Shown here piece after piece: positions 30,109 to 40,429 of a DNA stretch of 64,000 nt. Within the stretch, counting starts at the first letter, position 1; every line of letters starts with the position of its first letter. The notes under the pieces were generated by a model. It had not been told where the DNA came from and did no database searches. It saw nothing but the letters and a program-made list of their open reading frames with translations. This stretch comes from an uncultured Oligoflexus sp. (lineage in GTDB: Bacteria; Bdellovibrionota_B; Oligoflexia; Oligoflexales; Oligoflexaceae). Location of the stretch: positions 13,942 through 77,941 of the forward strand of contig CAXSGP010000004.1 of assembly GCA_964236955.1 (NCBI GenBank), written 5' to 3'. Position numbers and translations under genes: made by a program.

Positions 30109-30220
30109 GATGGTTGCCTTCCGGTTAAACGTCAGAAATCGCTTTAAAACACGATTCCCATCGAAACATATTGCGGCCAAGCTGTCAAGGCATAGACCTG
30201 GGAGGCTCCCGCACGCCTTT

Positions 30221-31849
30221 TCAATTCTTCATGAAGGGGTAACGATAATCCGTATAAGGCGTGAAATTTTCTTTTAAAGTCCTATGGGAAACCCAGCGCA
30301 GTAGGTTAAAAATACTACCCGCTTTGTCGTTGGTTCCGGATTGTCGGGCGCCTCCAAAAGGCTGCTGACCAACAACGGCGCCTGTCGGTTTATCATTGAC
30401 GTAGAAATTACCGGCACTATGTTCGAAGGCCTTGGTTAAAGCACTGATTGCCAGACGATCGCGAGCATAGATAGCTCCCGTTAAGGCGTAGGGACTGGAA
30501 TGATCACAAAGCTCTACAGTCGCGTCGAGATCCTGATCTTCATAGACAAAGACACTCAGCACCGGGCCAAAGATTTCTTCCCGCATCGACTTAAAGCTCG
30601 GATCGAGGGCTTGAATGACCGTGGGCTGCACAAAGTAACCGACGCTGTCGTCATAGCCGCCCCCCACAAGTATGCGGGCCTTGGGACTGTTTTTCGCGGA
30701 ATCGATATAGCCACGTATCCTGTCAAAAGACTTTTGGTCGATCACAGCTCCCATAAAGTTGGTGAAATCCTCGACATCCCCGACTTTGATGTCCTTGACG
30801 GTTTTGACCAGGCGCTCCTCCACATCGGCCCAAAGGCTTCTGGGTATAAAAGCACGCGATGCGGCCGAACATTTCTGTCCCTGATATTCAAATGCACCCC
30901 GGACCAGACCTGTTACCAGTTGTTGAACATCGGCACTGCAATGGGCAAAGATAAAGTCCTTGCCACCCGTTTCACCGACGATGCGCGGGTAGCTGCGATA
31001 GTTTTCAATATTTTCGGCAACCTGTTTCCAGAGATAATTGAAGGTTGAATTGGATCCGGTGAAATGAATGCCGGAAAGCTCGCGATGCTTCAGCAAAACC
31101 TCGCTGATGATACGGGCGTCGCCGGGAAGCATATTGATTACTCCCTGAGGCAAACCCGCCTCTTCAAGGATTTCAAGACCGATATACGCGGCATGCATCG
31201 AAGTCGCTGCCGGTTTCCAGATCACGGAGCAGCCCATCAGGGCAGGGGCGACAGGCAGGTTGACCGCGATCGAGGTGAAGTTGAACGGGGTGATCGCATA
31301 GACAAATCCCTCGAGGCCGCGGGCTTCACTTCGATTCCACATCCCCGGAGCCGAACTCGGCTGTTCACGATAGATGCGTTCGGCAAAGTGAGCGTTAAAT
31401 CGGAAAAAATCGATAAGCTCACAGGCTGCATCGATCTCGGCCTGATGAGCTGTTTTGCTTTGCCCAAGCATCGTGGCTGCGTTCATCTTCGCTCGATAAG
31501 GGCCAGCCAAAAGATCGGCTGCTTTAAGGAATACCGCGGCACGTTCTTCCCAGGGAAGTTGCGACCAAGCCTTGCGCGCTTTTAGAGCGGCTTCAATGGC
31601 ATCACCCATATCGGACCGCGTTGCCTGGCTGACATCGGCCAGGACGTGTTCATGATTATGGGGAATGACGACGGGAAGAGTTTCGGAATTAAAACGTTTC
31701 TGACCGGCGATCGTCACCGGTATCTTGACCCGCTCGGCTTTTTGGCGTTTAAGTTCGATGAGAAGAGCATCCCGCTCCGTCGAAGCGGGCAGATAGCCGT
31801 AGACTGGCTCGTTGCGGGGAATTGGTGTCGTGCTGAGTGAGTTAGACAT
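30221..31849 (-). CDS. pruA: L-glutamate gamma-semialdehyde (P5C) dehydrogenase
   Basis: ATMLGQSK, QAEIDAACE, FTGS, GETGGKDF, FEYQGQKCSA, EEIFGP, NDKPTGAVVGQQPFGG. Confidence 0.93.
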   Translation of the reverse strand: MSNSLSTTPIPRNEPVYGYLPASTERDALLIELKRQKAERVKIPVTIAGQKRFNSETLPVVIPHNHEHVLADVSQATRSDMGDAIEAALKARKAWSQLPWEERAAVFLKAADLLAGPYRAKMNAATMLGQSKTAHQAEIDAACELIDFFRFNAHFAERIYREQPSSAPGMWNRSEARGLEGFVYAITPFNFTSIAVNLPVAPALMGCSVIWKPAATSMHAAYIGLEILEEAGLPQGVINMLPGDARIISEVLLKHRELSGIHFTGSNSTFNYLWKQVAENIENYRSYPRIVGETGGKDFIFAHCSADVQQLVTGLVRGAFEYQGQKCSAASRAFIPRSLWADVEERLVKTVKDIKVGDVEDFTNFMGAVIDQKSFDRIRGYIDSAKNSPKARILVGGGYDDSVGYFVQPTVIQALDPSFKSMREEIFGPVLSVFVYEDQDLDATVELCDHSSPYALTGAIYARDRLAISALTKAFEHSAGNFYVNDKPTGAVVGQQPFGGARQSGTNDKAGSIFNLLRWVSHRTLKENFTPYTDYRYPFMKN

Positions 31850-32055
31850 TTCTTTTCCTTATCCGTACGGGTTACGCCCGTCTAGCGAAAAAATACTATG
31901 CTTTGCCCAGCCAGAAAATGCAAGCAAAGGTCGAGAAGTTAAGGTAAATTTGGCGCATTTGCTAGCCCTTCGATTTAGCTCTAAAGCTTGGCAATCAATC
32001 AACCGATCTATCTTCCTTAGAGGCAATGCACGCCTGGTTCCACGGGGAGACAATC

Positions 32056-32586
32056 ATGTTCTGGTTTCGCTTAACGCTCCTCGCCTGTGGTCTCGCTGCC
32101 TTAAATGCAGGGTGTATCAATTACAAATCCTCCTATAAGGGTTCAACGGCTAGCCTAAGTTCCAATGCCAATGGTAACGCCAGTCTCGCTATCGATCCAA
32201 AAACGGGAAAGGCGATCGCCCGTGGGAGCGCGACCCTGACTGAAATCGTGCTCCTTAGCGGGCGGCTGCTTGGCCAGGATGCCCCCTTCACTGCCGTCGC
32301 TAAAATCGACGGTCTGGTTAGCACCAAGACCCCATTGCTGCCCTCGGGAAATGGCGTAAAATTTGAAGTATCGGGCCTTACCGCCAAAAAACCCGGCGTC
32401 CTTGAGGTTGAAATCTATGCGGGTGAAAATCTACGATTCATCGCCAAAAAAGCCAATACGGACCTCACCCTCAAAGCGGCCGAAAGCAACTCGGTGGTAA
32501 TCGATGACTGCCAAATCCTGGCTGCGCCCTGGGATGGTCTCGCGAGTGAAGGTGGCTGCAACTGGGTCATCGAAGAAGAGAAGTAG
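32056..32586 (+). CDS. Hypothetical lipoprotein (beta-rich) upstream of metallopeptidase
   Basis: GGAG SD; lipobox NAGC; C-terminal C....PWDG....C.W. Confidence 0.7.
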   Translation: MFWFRLTLLACGLAALNAGCINYKSSYKGSTASLSSNANGNASLAIDPKTGKAIARGSATLTEIVLLSGRLLGQDAPFTAVAKIDGLVSTKTPLLPSGNGVKFEVSGLTAKKPGVLEVEIYAGENLRFIAKKANTDLTLKAAESNSVVIDDCQILAAPWDGLASEGGCNWVIEEEK

Positions 32587-32632
32587 CAGAAGTCAGGCAC
32601 GGATAGCGAAGTAAGACAAGCTTGGAGCACCG

Positions 32633-34756
32633 ATGAAAAAGTTTGCGCTGTTAACTACGATATTTGTTGGTATTTTAAGCTGCTCTGAGGCCAACTCGGG
32701 CCTGGTGAAAGCGCATAATCCAAGCCAAGGCTCTGATAATTTCCGTAGTCTTCTCGCTCAAGGTTCGGGCCGCGTCCGTCCCCTGACTTTAAAGGCAAAT
32801 ACCAGTCTTGGCCTGGACGCTGGGGTCATCGTTTCAACGACACTTGATGAAGCTTCAGGCGTTTGGTCGCGCGCGATCTTTGATACGAGACGGAGCGATA
32901 GTCTCACCGTCGACCAGGATCTACTGGCTTTTGGCCTGGAAATACTCGGTCGCTATAGTGACAAACTCGGATTTCCGCCGAGTGAAGCCAACGCAGGAAC
33001 AATTTATGAACCGCAGCCGAATTTAAAAATGGTGACCTATCAAAGGCAATTTAATGGACTACCCGTTCGAGGGGCCTTCGTCCGTTTACTCTTCGCGCTC
33101 GGCGGCGATGGCTCGCTTCACCTCAGTGAGATCACCAACAATAGCTACGGGCCGATTTCAATCGGCGCTGCACTGAGCAATCAACCTTCCGAAAGTGACG
33201 CTATTGCGGCAACGGGCATCAATGAGTTACAGGTTCTCGCGAAGAAAGCTGTGATTCAGCCCAGTATGGGGCTCAATGGCCGTTATGAATTCGCCTATGC
33301 CAGTGAATTCAAGCTAAAAAGCGCTAAGGACTCGGAAACCTATACCGTGACGATGGATCATGACAGCCGGGAGCTCCGGGAAGCCTATTCGAACCGAGTC
33401 AATGAACAGCAGTCGATCTCCGCCGAAACCTTCCAACGAAGCTATGTCCTAAACGATCAAACCTTCAAACCTCTTCCCTTTGCCGAAGTCATCGATGGCA
33501 CCAATAAGTTGATTACCGATGCGAGCGGCGCTGTCGACGTGGAAAACGACAAGGTCACAATCAATCTTGCCAGCAGCAAGAGCGCCTCGTCAGTGGTCGA
33601 TATTCAGCAGAGCAGCTCGCGGCCAGCAACTTTCAATGTGACCTTGGATCCAAGCGGCAAATCCGTTATCAAATTGGGTAGCGTGAACCCGGCGGCGATC
33701 AATGTTTTTATTGCCGTGCAAAGAGTTGTCGATTTTGTTGGCAGGTTTATCGGTGTCGATGAATTGCCTCTTCTATCGTCTGGCATAGTTGCCGTCGTCA
33801 ATCGAAAGGAAGATGTCTGCAATGCCTTTTACGACAGTGATTCGATCAACTTTTTCGCCGAAGGCACCGGACCGGGCGGCAAGGTATGTGCAAATACCGG
33901 GCTGATCAGCGATGTCGTCTATCACGAATGGGGCCATGCTCTCGATGATAACCTCGGTCCAAACAACCGAAGCAAGGGTGAAAGCGGCATCACCGATAGT
34001 GCTTATTCGGAAGGAATAGGCGACATTCTTTCAACCTACCTGACCCGCGCCCCAAACCTTGGAACCGGTCTTTTTCTAAACGATAAAAAAGAGCTGAGAA
34101 ACCTCCAAAATACGAAAAAACATCCTCCGGCAAACGCGGCGGAAGCTGAGATTCATGAAGCCGGAACCATCGTCGGTGGAGCGTTCTGGGATATGTTTAC
34201 AAGTCTTTCAGCGCTTTATGGCAATGACCAAGGCGCGGATTTGGCGACCAAGCTTTTTATTCGGCATCTGCAGATTAGCGAGCGTTATCTCGACGCCTAT
34301 GCGGCCGTGCTTCAGGTTGATGATGACGATGCGAACCCAGCAACCCAATCTCCAAACTATTGCAAGATAACTCGCGCTTTTTCGGCTCATAATATCTCGG
34401 GAGGGGTCTTTGCCGACGGCGACTGTGTCGATCCTGATGTCAGTCTCAACGTTCGTGTTGATGTGGATTCTGGTGACGGAAAACTTTCTCTCCTGGCTTC
34501 CGCTTTTGGTGCCACAAAAATTGTGGCTTGTCCAGGGCAGGTTAAAACCTGTACGGCCACCACGAGCGGCTACATAGAAATGGGCGCGATTATAGGCAAA
34601 GACGATAGTGTGGCACTCGCGAGTGGAAGAAAGTACTACACTGCAAAGGGTACGGTCGACATAAAGACCAATCCTTCGTATTCGTTCTTCTCGGTCGATC
34701 CTCAGGATGTTATTTTGGGTGCCAGAACCCTCAGGTTTACCAGCCGTGCAAAGTAG
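32633..34756 (+). CDS. Lipoprotein zinc metallopeptidase, thermolysin/fungalysin (M4/M36)-like with propeptide
   Basis: ILSC lipobox; FTP-like YQRQFNGLPVRGA; CNAFY, HEWGH, SEGIGD, EIH. Confidence 0.8.
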   Translation: MKKFALLTTIFVGILSCSEANSGLVKAHNPSQGSDNFRSLLAQGSGRVRPLTLKANTSLGLDAGVIVSTTLDEASGVWSRAIFDTRRSDSLTVDQDLLAFGLEILGRYSDKLGFPPSEANAGTIYEPQPNLKMVTYQRQFNGLPVRGAFVRLLFALGGDGSLHLSEITNNSYGPISIGAALSNQPSESDAIAATGINELQVLAKKAVIQPSMGLNGRYEFAYASEFKLKSAKDSETYTVTMDHDSRELREAYSNRVNEQQSISAETFQRSYVLNDQTFKPLPFAEVIDGTNKLITDASGAVDVENDKVTINLASSKSASSVVDIQQSSSRPATFNVTLDPSGKSVIKLGSVNPAAINVFIAVQRVVDFVGRFIGVDELPLLSSGIVAVVNRKEDVCNAFYDSDSINFFAEGTGPGGKVCANTGLISDVVYHEWGHALDDNLGPNNRSKGESGITDSAYSEGIGDILSTYLTRAPNLGTGLFLNDKKELRNLQNTKKHPPANAAEAEIHEAGTIVGGAFWDMFTSLSALYGNDQGADLATKLFIRHLQISERYLDAYAAVLQVDDDDANPATQSPNYCKITRAFSAHNISGGVFADGDCVDPDVSLNVRVDVDSGDGKLSLLASAFGATKIVACPGQVKTCTATTSGYIEMGAIIGKDDSVALASGRKYYTAKGTVDIKTNPSYSFFSVDPQDVILGARTLRFTSRAK

Positions 34757-35058
34757 TATCGTCTGGATAAAGGGCTAAGCTTTGGCCTATTCCCACATTT
34801 CATGCTAAAATCTTCACTGCATCTGCCCACCGTGCTTCTTTTCTAATTTCTTGTTACTTTAGCAATTTTTCCTTTCTATGCCGATCAGATCGGGATTGTA
34901 AGCTTTGGTATCTTCCTGAAAGTGCTTTTGATCTTGACCTCTTGTGCTGACCCGTACAACATAAAAGGGGCCACCTTTCCTCGCTATTACGGACAGGCAT
35001 TCGCTGGCCCCAGATTAAGGAATAAAGTTTTGGCCTATATCGGCTTTGGAGGGTTTAT

Positions 35059-36930
35059 ATGAGCCTCGGTTCAGATGCTCGGGGAATGCGAACGTTGTCG
35101 ATTCCTGATTATGTTAAAAATGAAAAACTACGACTCTGGGTTGAGGAAGTCGCCACTTTATGCGAACCCGAGTCAGTCTATTGGTGTGATGGTTCTCAGG
35201 AAGAATACGACCGCCTCTGCAAGCAGATGGTTGATGCCGGCACCCTGATCCCGCTGGATCCCAAAAAACGACCGAACAGCTTCTTGGCTCGTTCCGACGC
35301 AAGTGATGTGGCTCGAGTCGAAGATCGCACTTATATCTGCAGTCAACGTCGCCAGGATGCGGGACCCACCAACAATTGGGCCGCCCCCTCGGAAATGAAG
35401 GCGACTCTAGCCCAATTATTCAAGGGATCGATGCGTGGTCGCACCATGTACGTGATTCCTTTCAGCATGGGTCCCCTTGGATCGAAAATCTCTCACATCG
35501 GTGTTGAGATCTCCGATTCCCCCTATGTTGCCATCAATATGAAGATCATGACCCGCATGGGCCGCAAGGCACTCGATGTGCTGGGCGAAAAAGGCGAATT
35601 CGTACCTTGTCTTCATTCGGTGGGCGCTCCCTTGCGTCCAGGCGCGAAGGACGTACCGTGGCCCTGTAACCGCGAAACGAAATATATCGTTCATTTTCCC
35701 GAAGAACGCAGCATCTGGTCCTATGGCAGCGGTTATGGCGGCAACGCTTTGCTTGGCAAAAAATGTTTTGCACTTCGCATCGCATCGGTATTGGGCCGGG
35801 ACGAAGGCTGGCTTGCGGAGCATATGCTTATCGTCGGTGTCGAATCCCCACAGGGTGAAAAAACCTATATCAGCGCTGCTTTCCCCAGCGCATGCGGCAA
35901 GACCAACTTTGCGATGCTGGTTCCACCGGAAGGATTCGAAGGTTGGAAAATCTCGACGGTCGGCGACGATATCGCCTGGATCAAGCCAGGCGAAGACGGT
36001 CGTCTCTATGCTATCAATCCGGAAGCCGGTTTTTTCGGAGTTGCGCCTGGAACCTCTCCCGAATCCAATCCGAACGCCATAGCAACGATCGCTAAAAACA
36101 CCATCTTTACTAACGTTGCCCTTCTTCCTGATGGGGATGTCTGGTGGGAAGGCCTCACAGCGCAACCCCCTGAGAAGGCTATCGATTGGGAAGGCAATGC
36201 CTGGACGCCGGAATCGCTCCGAAAAGCTGCGCATCCCAATTCCCGTTTCACCGCTCCCGCAGAACAGTGTCCTTCGATAGACGGCAACTGGGATAATCCC
36301 AAGGGCGTTCCGATCAGTGCGATTATCTTCGGTGGGCGTCGGGCCTCAACAGTGCCACTGGTCTATCAGGCCTTCAATTGGAACTTCGGGGTTTATCTTG
36401 CTGCGACCATCGGCTCAGAAATGACGGCGGCAGCTTTTGGTAACATTGGTGAGGTTAGGCGCGATCCGTTCGCGATGCTGCCTTTTTGTGGTTATCATAT
36501 GGCGGATTATTTCAATCACTGGCTTGATATGGGACGTAAAATTTCGCAGCCCCCTCGCATTTTCTGCGTGAACTGGTTCCGGAAGGATGAAGAAGGCAAA
36601 TTCATGTGGCCAGGATTCGGTGAGAACATGCGTGTTCTCAAGTGGGTCGTCGATCGCGTTCACGGTCGAGCCTACGCCGAAGAAAGCCCTCTGGGCTATA
36701 TGCCGCGCTACAAGGATTTGACATGGAAGGGTTCGACCTTTAAGGCCGATCAGTTTCAGGCTTTGATGGCCGTTGATCGTGAGGCTTGGAAAAAAGAAGT
36801 TCTCTCCCACGAAGAACTCTTTGAAAAACTCTTCGATAAACTCCCTCGCGAGTTTTCTTCGATGCGGCACCTGCTCCTGTCTTCCCTCTGGCGTTCTCCG
36901 GAGAAATGGAAGATGGAAATTCCTCTTTAA
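35059..36930 (+). CDS. pckG: Phosphoenolpyruvate carboxykinase (GTP)
   Basis: [55 protein letters not shown]. Confidence 0.97.
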   Translation: MSLGSDARGMRTLSIPDYVKNEKLRLWVEEVATLCEPESVYWCDGSQEEYDRLCKQMVDAGTLIPLDPKKRPNSFLARSDASDVARVEDRTYICSQRRQDAGPTNNWAAPSEMKATLAQLFKGSMRGRTMYVIPFSMGPLGSKISHIGVEISDSPYVAINMKIMTRMGRKALDVLGEKGEFVPCLHSVGAPLRPGAKDVPWPCNRETKYIVHFPEERSIWSYGSGYGGNALLGKKCFALRIASVLGRDEGWLAEHMLIVGVESPQGEKTYISAAFPSACGKTNFAMLVPPEGFEGWKISTVGDDIAWIKPGEDGRLYAINPEAGFFGVAPGTSPESNPNAIATIAKNTIFTNVALLPDGDVWWEGLTAQPPEKAIDWEGNAWTPESLRKAAHPNSRFTAPAEQCPSIDGNWDNPKGVPISAIIFGGRRASTVPLVYQAFNWNFGVYLAATIGSEMTAAAFGNIGEVRRDPFAMLPFCGYHMADYFNHWLDMGRKISQPPRIFCVNWFRKDEEGKFMWPGFGENMRVLKWVVDRVHGRAYAEESPLGYMPRYKDLTWKGSTFKADQFQALMAVDREAWKKEVLSHEELFEKLFDKLPREFSSMRHLLLSSLWRSPEKWKMEIPL

Positions 36931-36952
36931 TGGGCTGACGCTACCGAAAATA

Positions 36953-36984
36953 GGGAGTCATCAGGAAACTGCTGACTCTCTTTT
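36953..36984 (+). terminator. Rho-independent terminator after pckG
   Basis: gggagtca-t-cag/gaaa/ctg-c-tgactctc followed by tttt. Confidence 0.7.
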
Positions 36985-37166
36985 GGTTCCCATAGGCCTA
37001 TTTTAACCCGTCCGCTATCTTCGCTTTCCCCTGGGTATGCTCCCCTAAGTCGAATTCTGCCTTGGTTCAGAACAATTAAATGCGCCTACTTTTTATTTCT
37101 TGGGGCTATAAAAATTCTGATTTATCAGTGGCTTATTACGTTTACTATTATTTTCCTTTATTTCCT

Positions 37167-37193
37167 CAAATTTGGAGCGCGCCGAGCCGAAAA
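37167..37193 (+). promoter_or_regulatory. Possible sigma-28 (FliA)-type promoter
   Basis: CAAA-N15-GCCGAAAA just upstream of the 37226 start; resembles TAAA-N15-GCCGATAA. Confidence 0.35.
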
Positions 37194-37225
37194 AGTAACT
37201 AGCGGTCTACAAAAGGAGATTTGAT

Positions 37226-37762
37226 ATGCAGACAGTTCATAAGTTTCTAGGATCCCGGTTCATAGTTTTAAGTTTCATGACTCTGTTTTTGGGTAACGCT
37301 GCCTGTTCTGATGAAAAATCAGCGACCCTGGCCGCTAAGAGCACAAAATATGCTACCGCTCCTTCGGTTGCGGGTTTGCCCCCCAGCTCAGGAAATTCCG
37401 GCAACGCGTGTGCCGGGCTGGCCCTTAAGGGCGGTGATGATGATGGTGGAAGCGATGATGACGTCGTTGTGCAGCCCACAAATCCAGCTAGCGATGACGA
37501 CCATGTTCCTGCACCCGCCAGCCCAGTGGTTCCTGCACCCGCCAACCCAGTGGCTCAGACGCCCGTCAACCCAGTGGTTCAGGCACCCGTGGTGAATCAG
37601 CCTGTCGTTAATAACGGCGGCTTTCCGGCAGGAAATAATAATGGCGGCGGCGGTGGGGTCGTTGTAGAAGGCGGCGCTATCGTCGATACGACGAAGACCA
37701 ATACTGGTACAGCAAAGCCCATACCGGCTAGCGGGCAATGTAAGACTACTTTAAAAAAATAA
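37226..37762 (+). CDS. Low-complexity lipoprotein (acidic and Pro/Val repeats)
   Basis: AAGGAG SD; lipobox NAAC; DDDGGSDDD; VPAPASPV repeats; followed by terminator. Confidence 0.7.
   Translation: MQTVHKFLGSRFIVLSFMTLFLGNAACSDEKSATLAAKSTKYATAPSVAGLPPSSGNSGNACAGLALKGGDDDGGSDDDVVVQPTNPASDDDHVPAPASPVVPAPANPVAQTPVNPVVQAPVVNQPVVNNGGFPAGNNNGGGGGVVVEGGAIVDTTKTNTGTAKPIPASGQCKTTLKK
37505..37590 (+). repeat. Intragenic 24-bp tandem repeat (~3.5 degenerate copies)
   Basis: gttcctgcacccgccagcccagtg / gttcctgcacccgccaacccagtg / gctcagacgcccgtcaacccagtg / gttcaggcacccgt. Confidence 0.8.
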
Positions 37763-37785
37763 TTTATATCAATCTCCAGATAACG

Positions 37786-37816
37786 AAGCGAGCCCTGAAC
37801 AAGGGGTCGCTTTTTT
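37786..37816 (+). terminator. Rho-independent terminator
   Basis: aagcga-g-ccct/gaaca/aggg-g-tcgctt followed by tttt. Confidence 0.7.
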
Positions 37817-37878
37817 CATTTCAATCAGGCGACCGCAGGAGGCTCCGAAGATTTTACTAAGCGAGTCAGAATTTTGAG

Positions 37879-38532
37879 TTATGGATTCAGGCTCGATCCT
37901 GGTTTCGCCTGAACCAATAGCTGCCCCCCTATCTGGGGCTGAATCCAGCGTGGCAACCACTGCAGCGATCGCATCGGCGCATCCATGTGAACGGGATCCA
38001 GTCCCGTCTTTCCCAATAAAAAGCCGAGGCTGTATTTTGAAAAAAGTATACGGTGCTGAGGGTCAAAGGCTCCCGACCAGGTGCTGGGCCTTAGGACTCG
38101 TTCGAGTGATTGTGTGTTCGGTGTCGTAAGAAAAAGTGTTCCTTCAGAACCCAGCAGGCTTCGGCACTGCTCGAGGAAAACAACGGGGCTGCGAAGGTGC
38201 TCGAGGATATCAAAGGCCAAAATGAGATCGAAATTTCCGCCGGGAATTTGCTTCATCCAATCACCGAGGTCGAGATTTGCCATGACAAATTGCCACTCAT
38301 CTGTGGCCGGAAGGCCTTCCTTTGGTTCCTCAATATCAACGCCGACGCTCAATCGGGCGCCTTCCGTCTGAGCGAAATGGGAAATAAAACCAGACCCACA
38401 GCCTAAATCGAGGACTTTCTTAGCTGAGAATGATCTCACTCCGAAATCTCTTAACCACTGCAAATGCACTTGATCGGCGGCGCGTGGCTGCCTGATTTGA
38501 CCCTGACTTGGGTTCATATCTTGAAAAGACAT
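37879..38532 (-). CDS. Class I SAM-dependent methyltransferase
   Basis: VLDLGCGSG, GVD, FD.I.AFDILEHL..P, G.LFLTTPN. Confidence 0.9.
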   Translation of the reverse strand: MSFQDMNPSQGQIRQPRAADQVHLQWLRDFGVRSFSAKKVLDLGCGSGFISHFAQTEGARLSVGVDIEEPKEGLPATDEWQFVMANLDLGDWMKQIPGGNFDLILAFDILEHLRSPVVFLEQCRSLLGSEGTLFLTTPNTQSLERVLRPSTWSGAFDPQHRILFSKYSLGFLLGKTGLDPVHMDAPMRSLQWLPRWIQPQIGGQLLVQAKPGSSLNP

Positions 38533-38850
38533 GAAGGAATCTCCTGAATATTTGCTTCGTGGACGTACGGATCATACTTCATCCCGCCTTAGGCATCAAG
38601 GATGACAGCTCCGCTGGTCCTGACGCTCCATGACGGGCGTTTTCAAAACTGTCGAACGATTCCCTCCGGACCAGACAATAAATATGCAATTAGTTTTTCA
38701 AATCTTACGAAATCCTTGATGTGATTGAGTTTTATGGATTTGGGTCAGTATAATTTGTTTTTCTCTTATTCCTTTTTCGAAGGGATCAGTTTAATTCAAT
38801 ACCAGCACGAAAATTCGTGTCATACATCAATTTTAGTCATAGGAGACGTT

Positions 38851-39447
38851 ATGAAAAATCATTCATTATTGATAGGTCTTTCCGTTCTAGCATTGAGCGC
38901 TGGTTCAATTTCCTTCGCAGCGACCCGTGCTATCAGTCAGGTTCCTGTGACAGGAACACTCACTGACGGCGGCGCTTTTAACGGAACGCTCACCATTACC
39001 GAATTATCAGAAGATCGTGATGGAAATTTACTGGCAAGCGGCAAAATCACGGGCAAAGTATCCAGTATTCTTATTGATGATCCGTCCCCTGTTTACCAGT
39101 CTTTTACCGACGTTAGAGCCGACATTACAGCGAAAAATTCTTGTACTTCAGTTACCGTTGACATCGGTGATGTAGAAATAGACTCTTTAGACACATTCGT
39201 GGATTTGGCTCCCGCTAAGGTCGATACCACGAAGGGTGGTGCCGTCGATAAAAAGCTCGGTAAGCTTCTTTGTTCGGTTGGATCGGCGGTAGATAATGCA
39301 AGTGGAGGCAGCGGACTCCTCAGCGGTCTGTTAGGCCAGGTGAATGATCTTCTCGGCGGAGTCGTCGGTGGCAATGGACCGGTCGGCGGATTAATTGGTG
39401 GCACCGGGCTCGGTGGACTGCTTGGTGGTTCAGGAGATAATAATTAA
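38851..39447 (+). CDS. Secreted protein with Gly/Leu-rich C-terminal tail
   Basis: AGGAG SD; signal peptide; F.GTLTIT, C..V.VD.G, LGKLLC.V; GLLGG repeats. Confidence 0.7.
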   Translation: MKNHSLLIGLSVLALSAGSISFAATRAISQVPVTGTLTDGGAFNGTLTITELSEDRDGNLLASGKITGKVSSILIDDPSPVYQSFTDVRADITAKNSCTSVTVDIGDVEIDSLDTFVDLAPAKVDTTKGGAVDKKLGKLLCSVGSAVDNASGGSGLLSGLLGQVNDLLGGVVGGNGPVGGLIGGTGLGGLLGGSGDNN

Positions 39448-39543
39448 AGCAGATTAATGGATTTCATATATAGAACGCGTCCTGAGCCAAGTCACGGACG
39501 CGTCTGCCCTTTCAAAAAGCTCTGCCTTTGCCAGTCGAAGTCC

Positions 39544-40410
39544 CTAGAAATTTTTCTCCCAAGCCATACCCAGCATAGGCCCGGTTTCCGAAGGGCTATA
39601 AATCGGATAAAAACTACTCTCTTCCGAGACTATACCCACTTTCGCCGAGGCTCGTGCCCAAAAGATCCCCAGACCAGCTCCGGCGACGATATCGCTGGCC
39701 CAGTGGGCGTTGTTCGCGACTCTGGACATTCCGATATAAGTCGCCGCTGCAAAAGCTGGTACCCCGGCCCAGGGACCATAGGAATAGGCAAGTGAGGCAG
39801 CTGTTGCAAACGATGAGGAACCATGGCCGGAAGGAAAGGACAGATTTTTTCCATTCGGGCGTTCCCGCTGCGCAGCCAGCGCAATCGATATATGGGTGGC
39901 GGAGGTAAAAGCCAAGGCTCGCAAATGCTGAAGTCCATCGTCAGTATCGAAGTACATTTGTCCCAAGGCAATGGCAATTCCTGGGAAACCACTGCCGAGG
40001 ATAGCCCCATAGCGGGTTTCCGAGGTGGACATTCCCTTATTGTCGCCAAAATCGTCGCGAATCCTCCCGTCTTGTTGATGGGTATAGGCAGTTGCCGCTG
40101 CGGTTCCAAGAAAAATCCAGAGGCTTTGGGAATCGCCTGCGTGACGTATCGTTGGTTTTAACTGATCATTCCAGAGCCAATCGATCGGCGGTTTGCCTTC
40201 CTCTTTTATTATTTTTACAGCCTCTTTCAAGTTGGGGGTTGGGTCTTGCGATGGATCCTCGGCAGGTTTTTTCTCACTGGTCTGCTTACCGCTTCCTGCT
40301 GCTTGCTCAGCAAAAACGCTCGACGAGATTGATAGGGGAAGAGCGCAAAAAATGGTGAGTCCGCACAGTGTGCGAAGACGGGGAGATCGGTGAAACAAGA
40401 TGGCAAGCAT
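39544..40410 (-). CDS. PAP2 family phosphatase with signal peptide and C-terminal beta-hairpin
   Basis: RERP, SFPSGH, SRVANNAHWASD. Confidence 0.85.
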   Translation of the reverse strand: MLAILFHRSPRLRTLCGLTIFCALPLSISSSVFAEQAAGSGKQTSEKKPAEDPSQDPTPNLKEAVKIIKEEGKPPIDWLWNDQLKPTIRHAGDSQSLWIFLGTAAATAYTHQQDGRIRDDFGDNKGMSTSETRYGAILGSGFPGIAIALGQMYFDTDDGLQHLRALAFTSATHISIALAAQRERPNGKNLSFPSGHGSSSFATAASLAYSYGPWAGVPAFAAATYIGMSRVANNAHWASDIVAGAGLGIFWARASAKVGIVSEESSFYPIYSPSETGPMLGMAWEKNF

Positions 40411-40429
40411 ACTTTAATTATCCTCCGCT

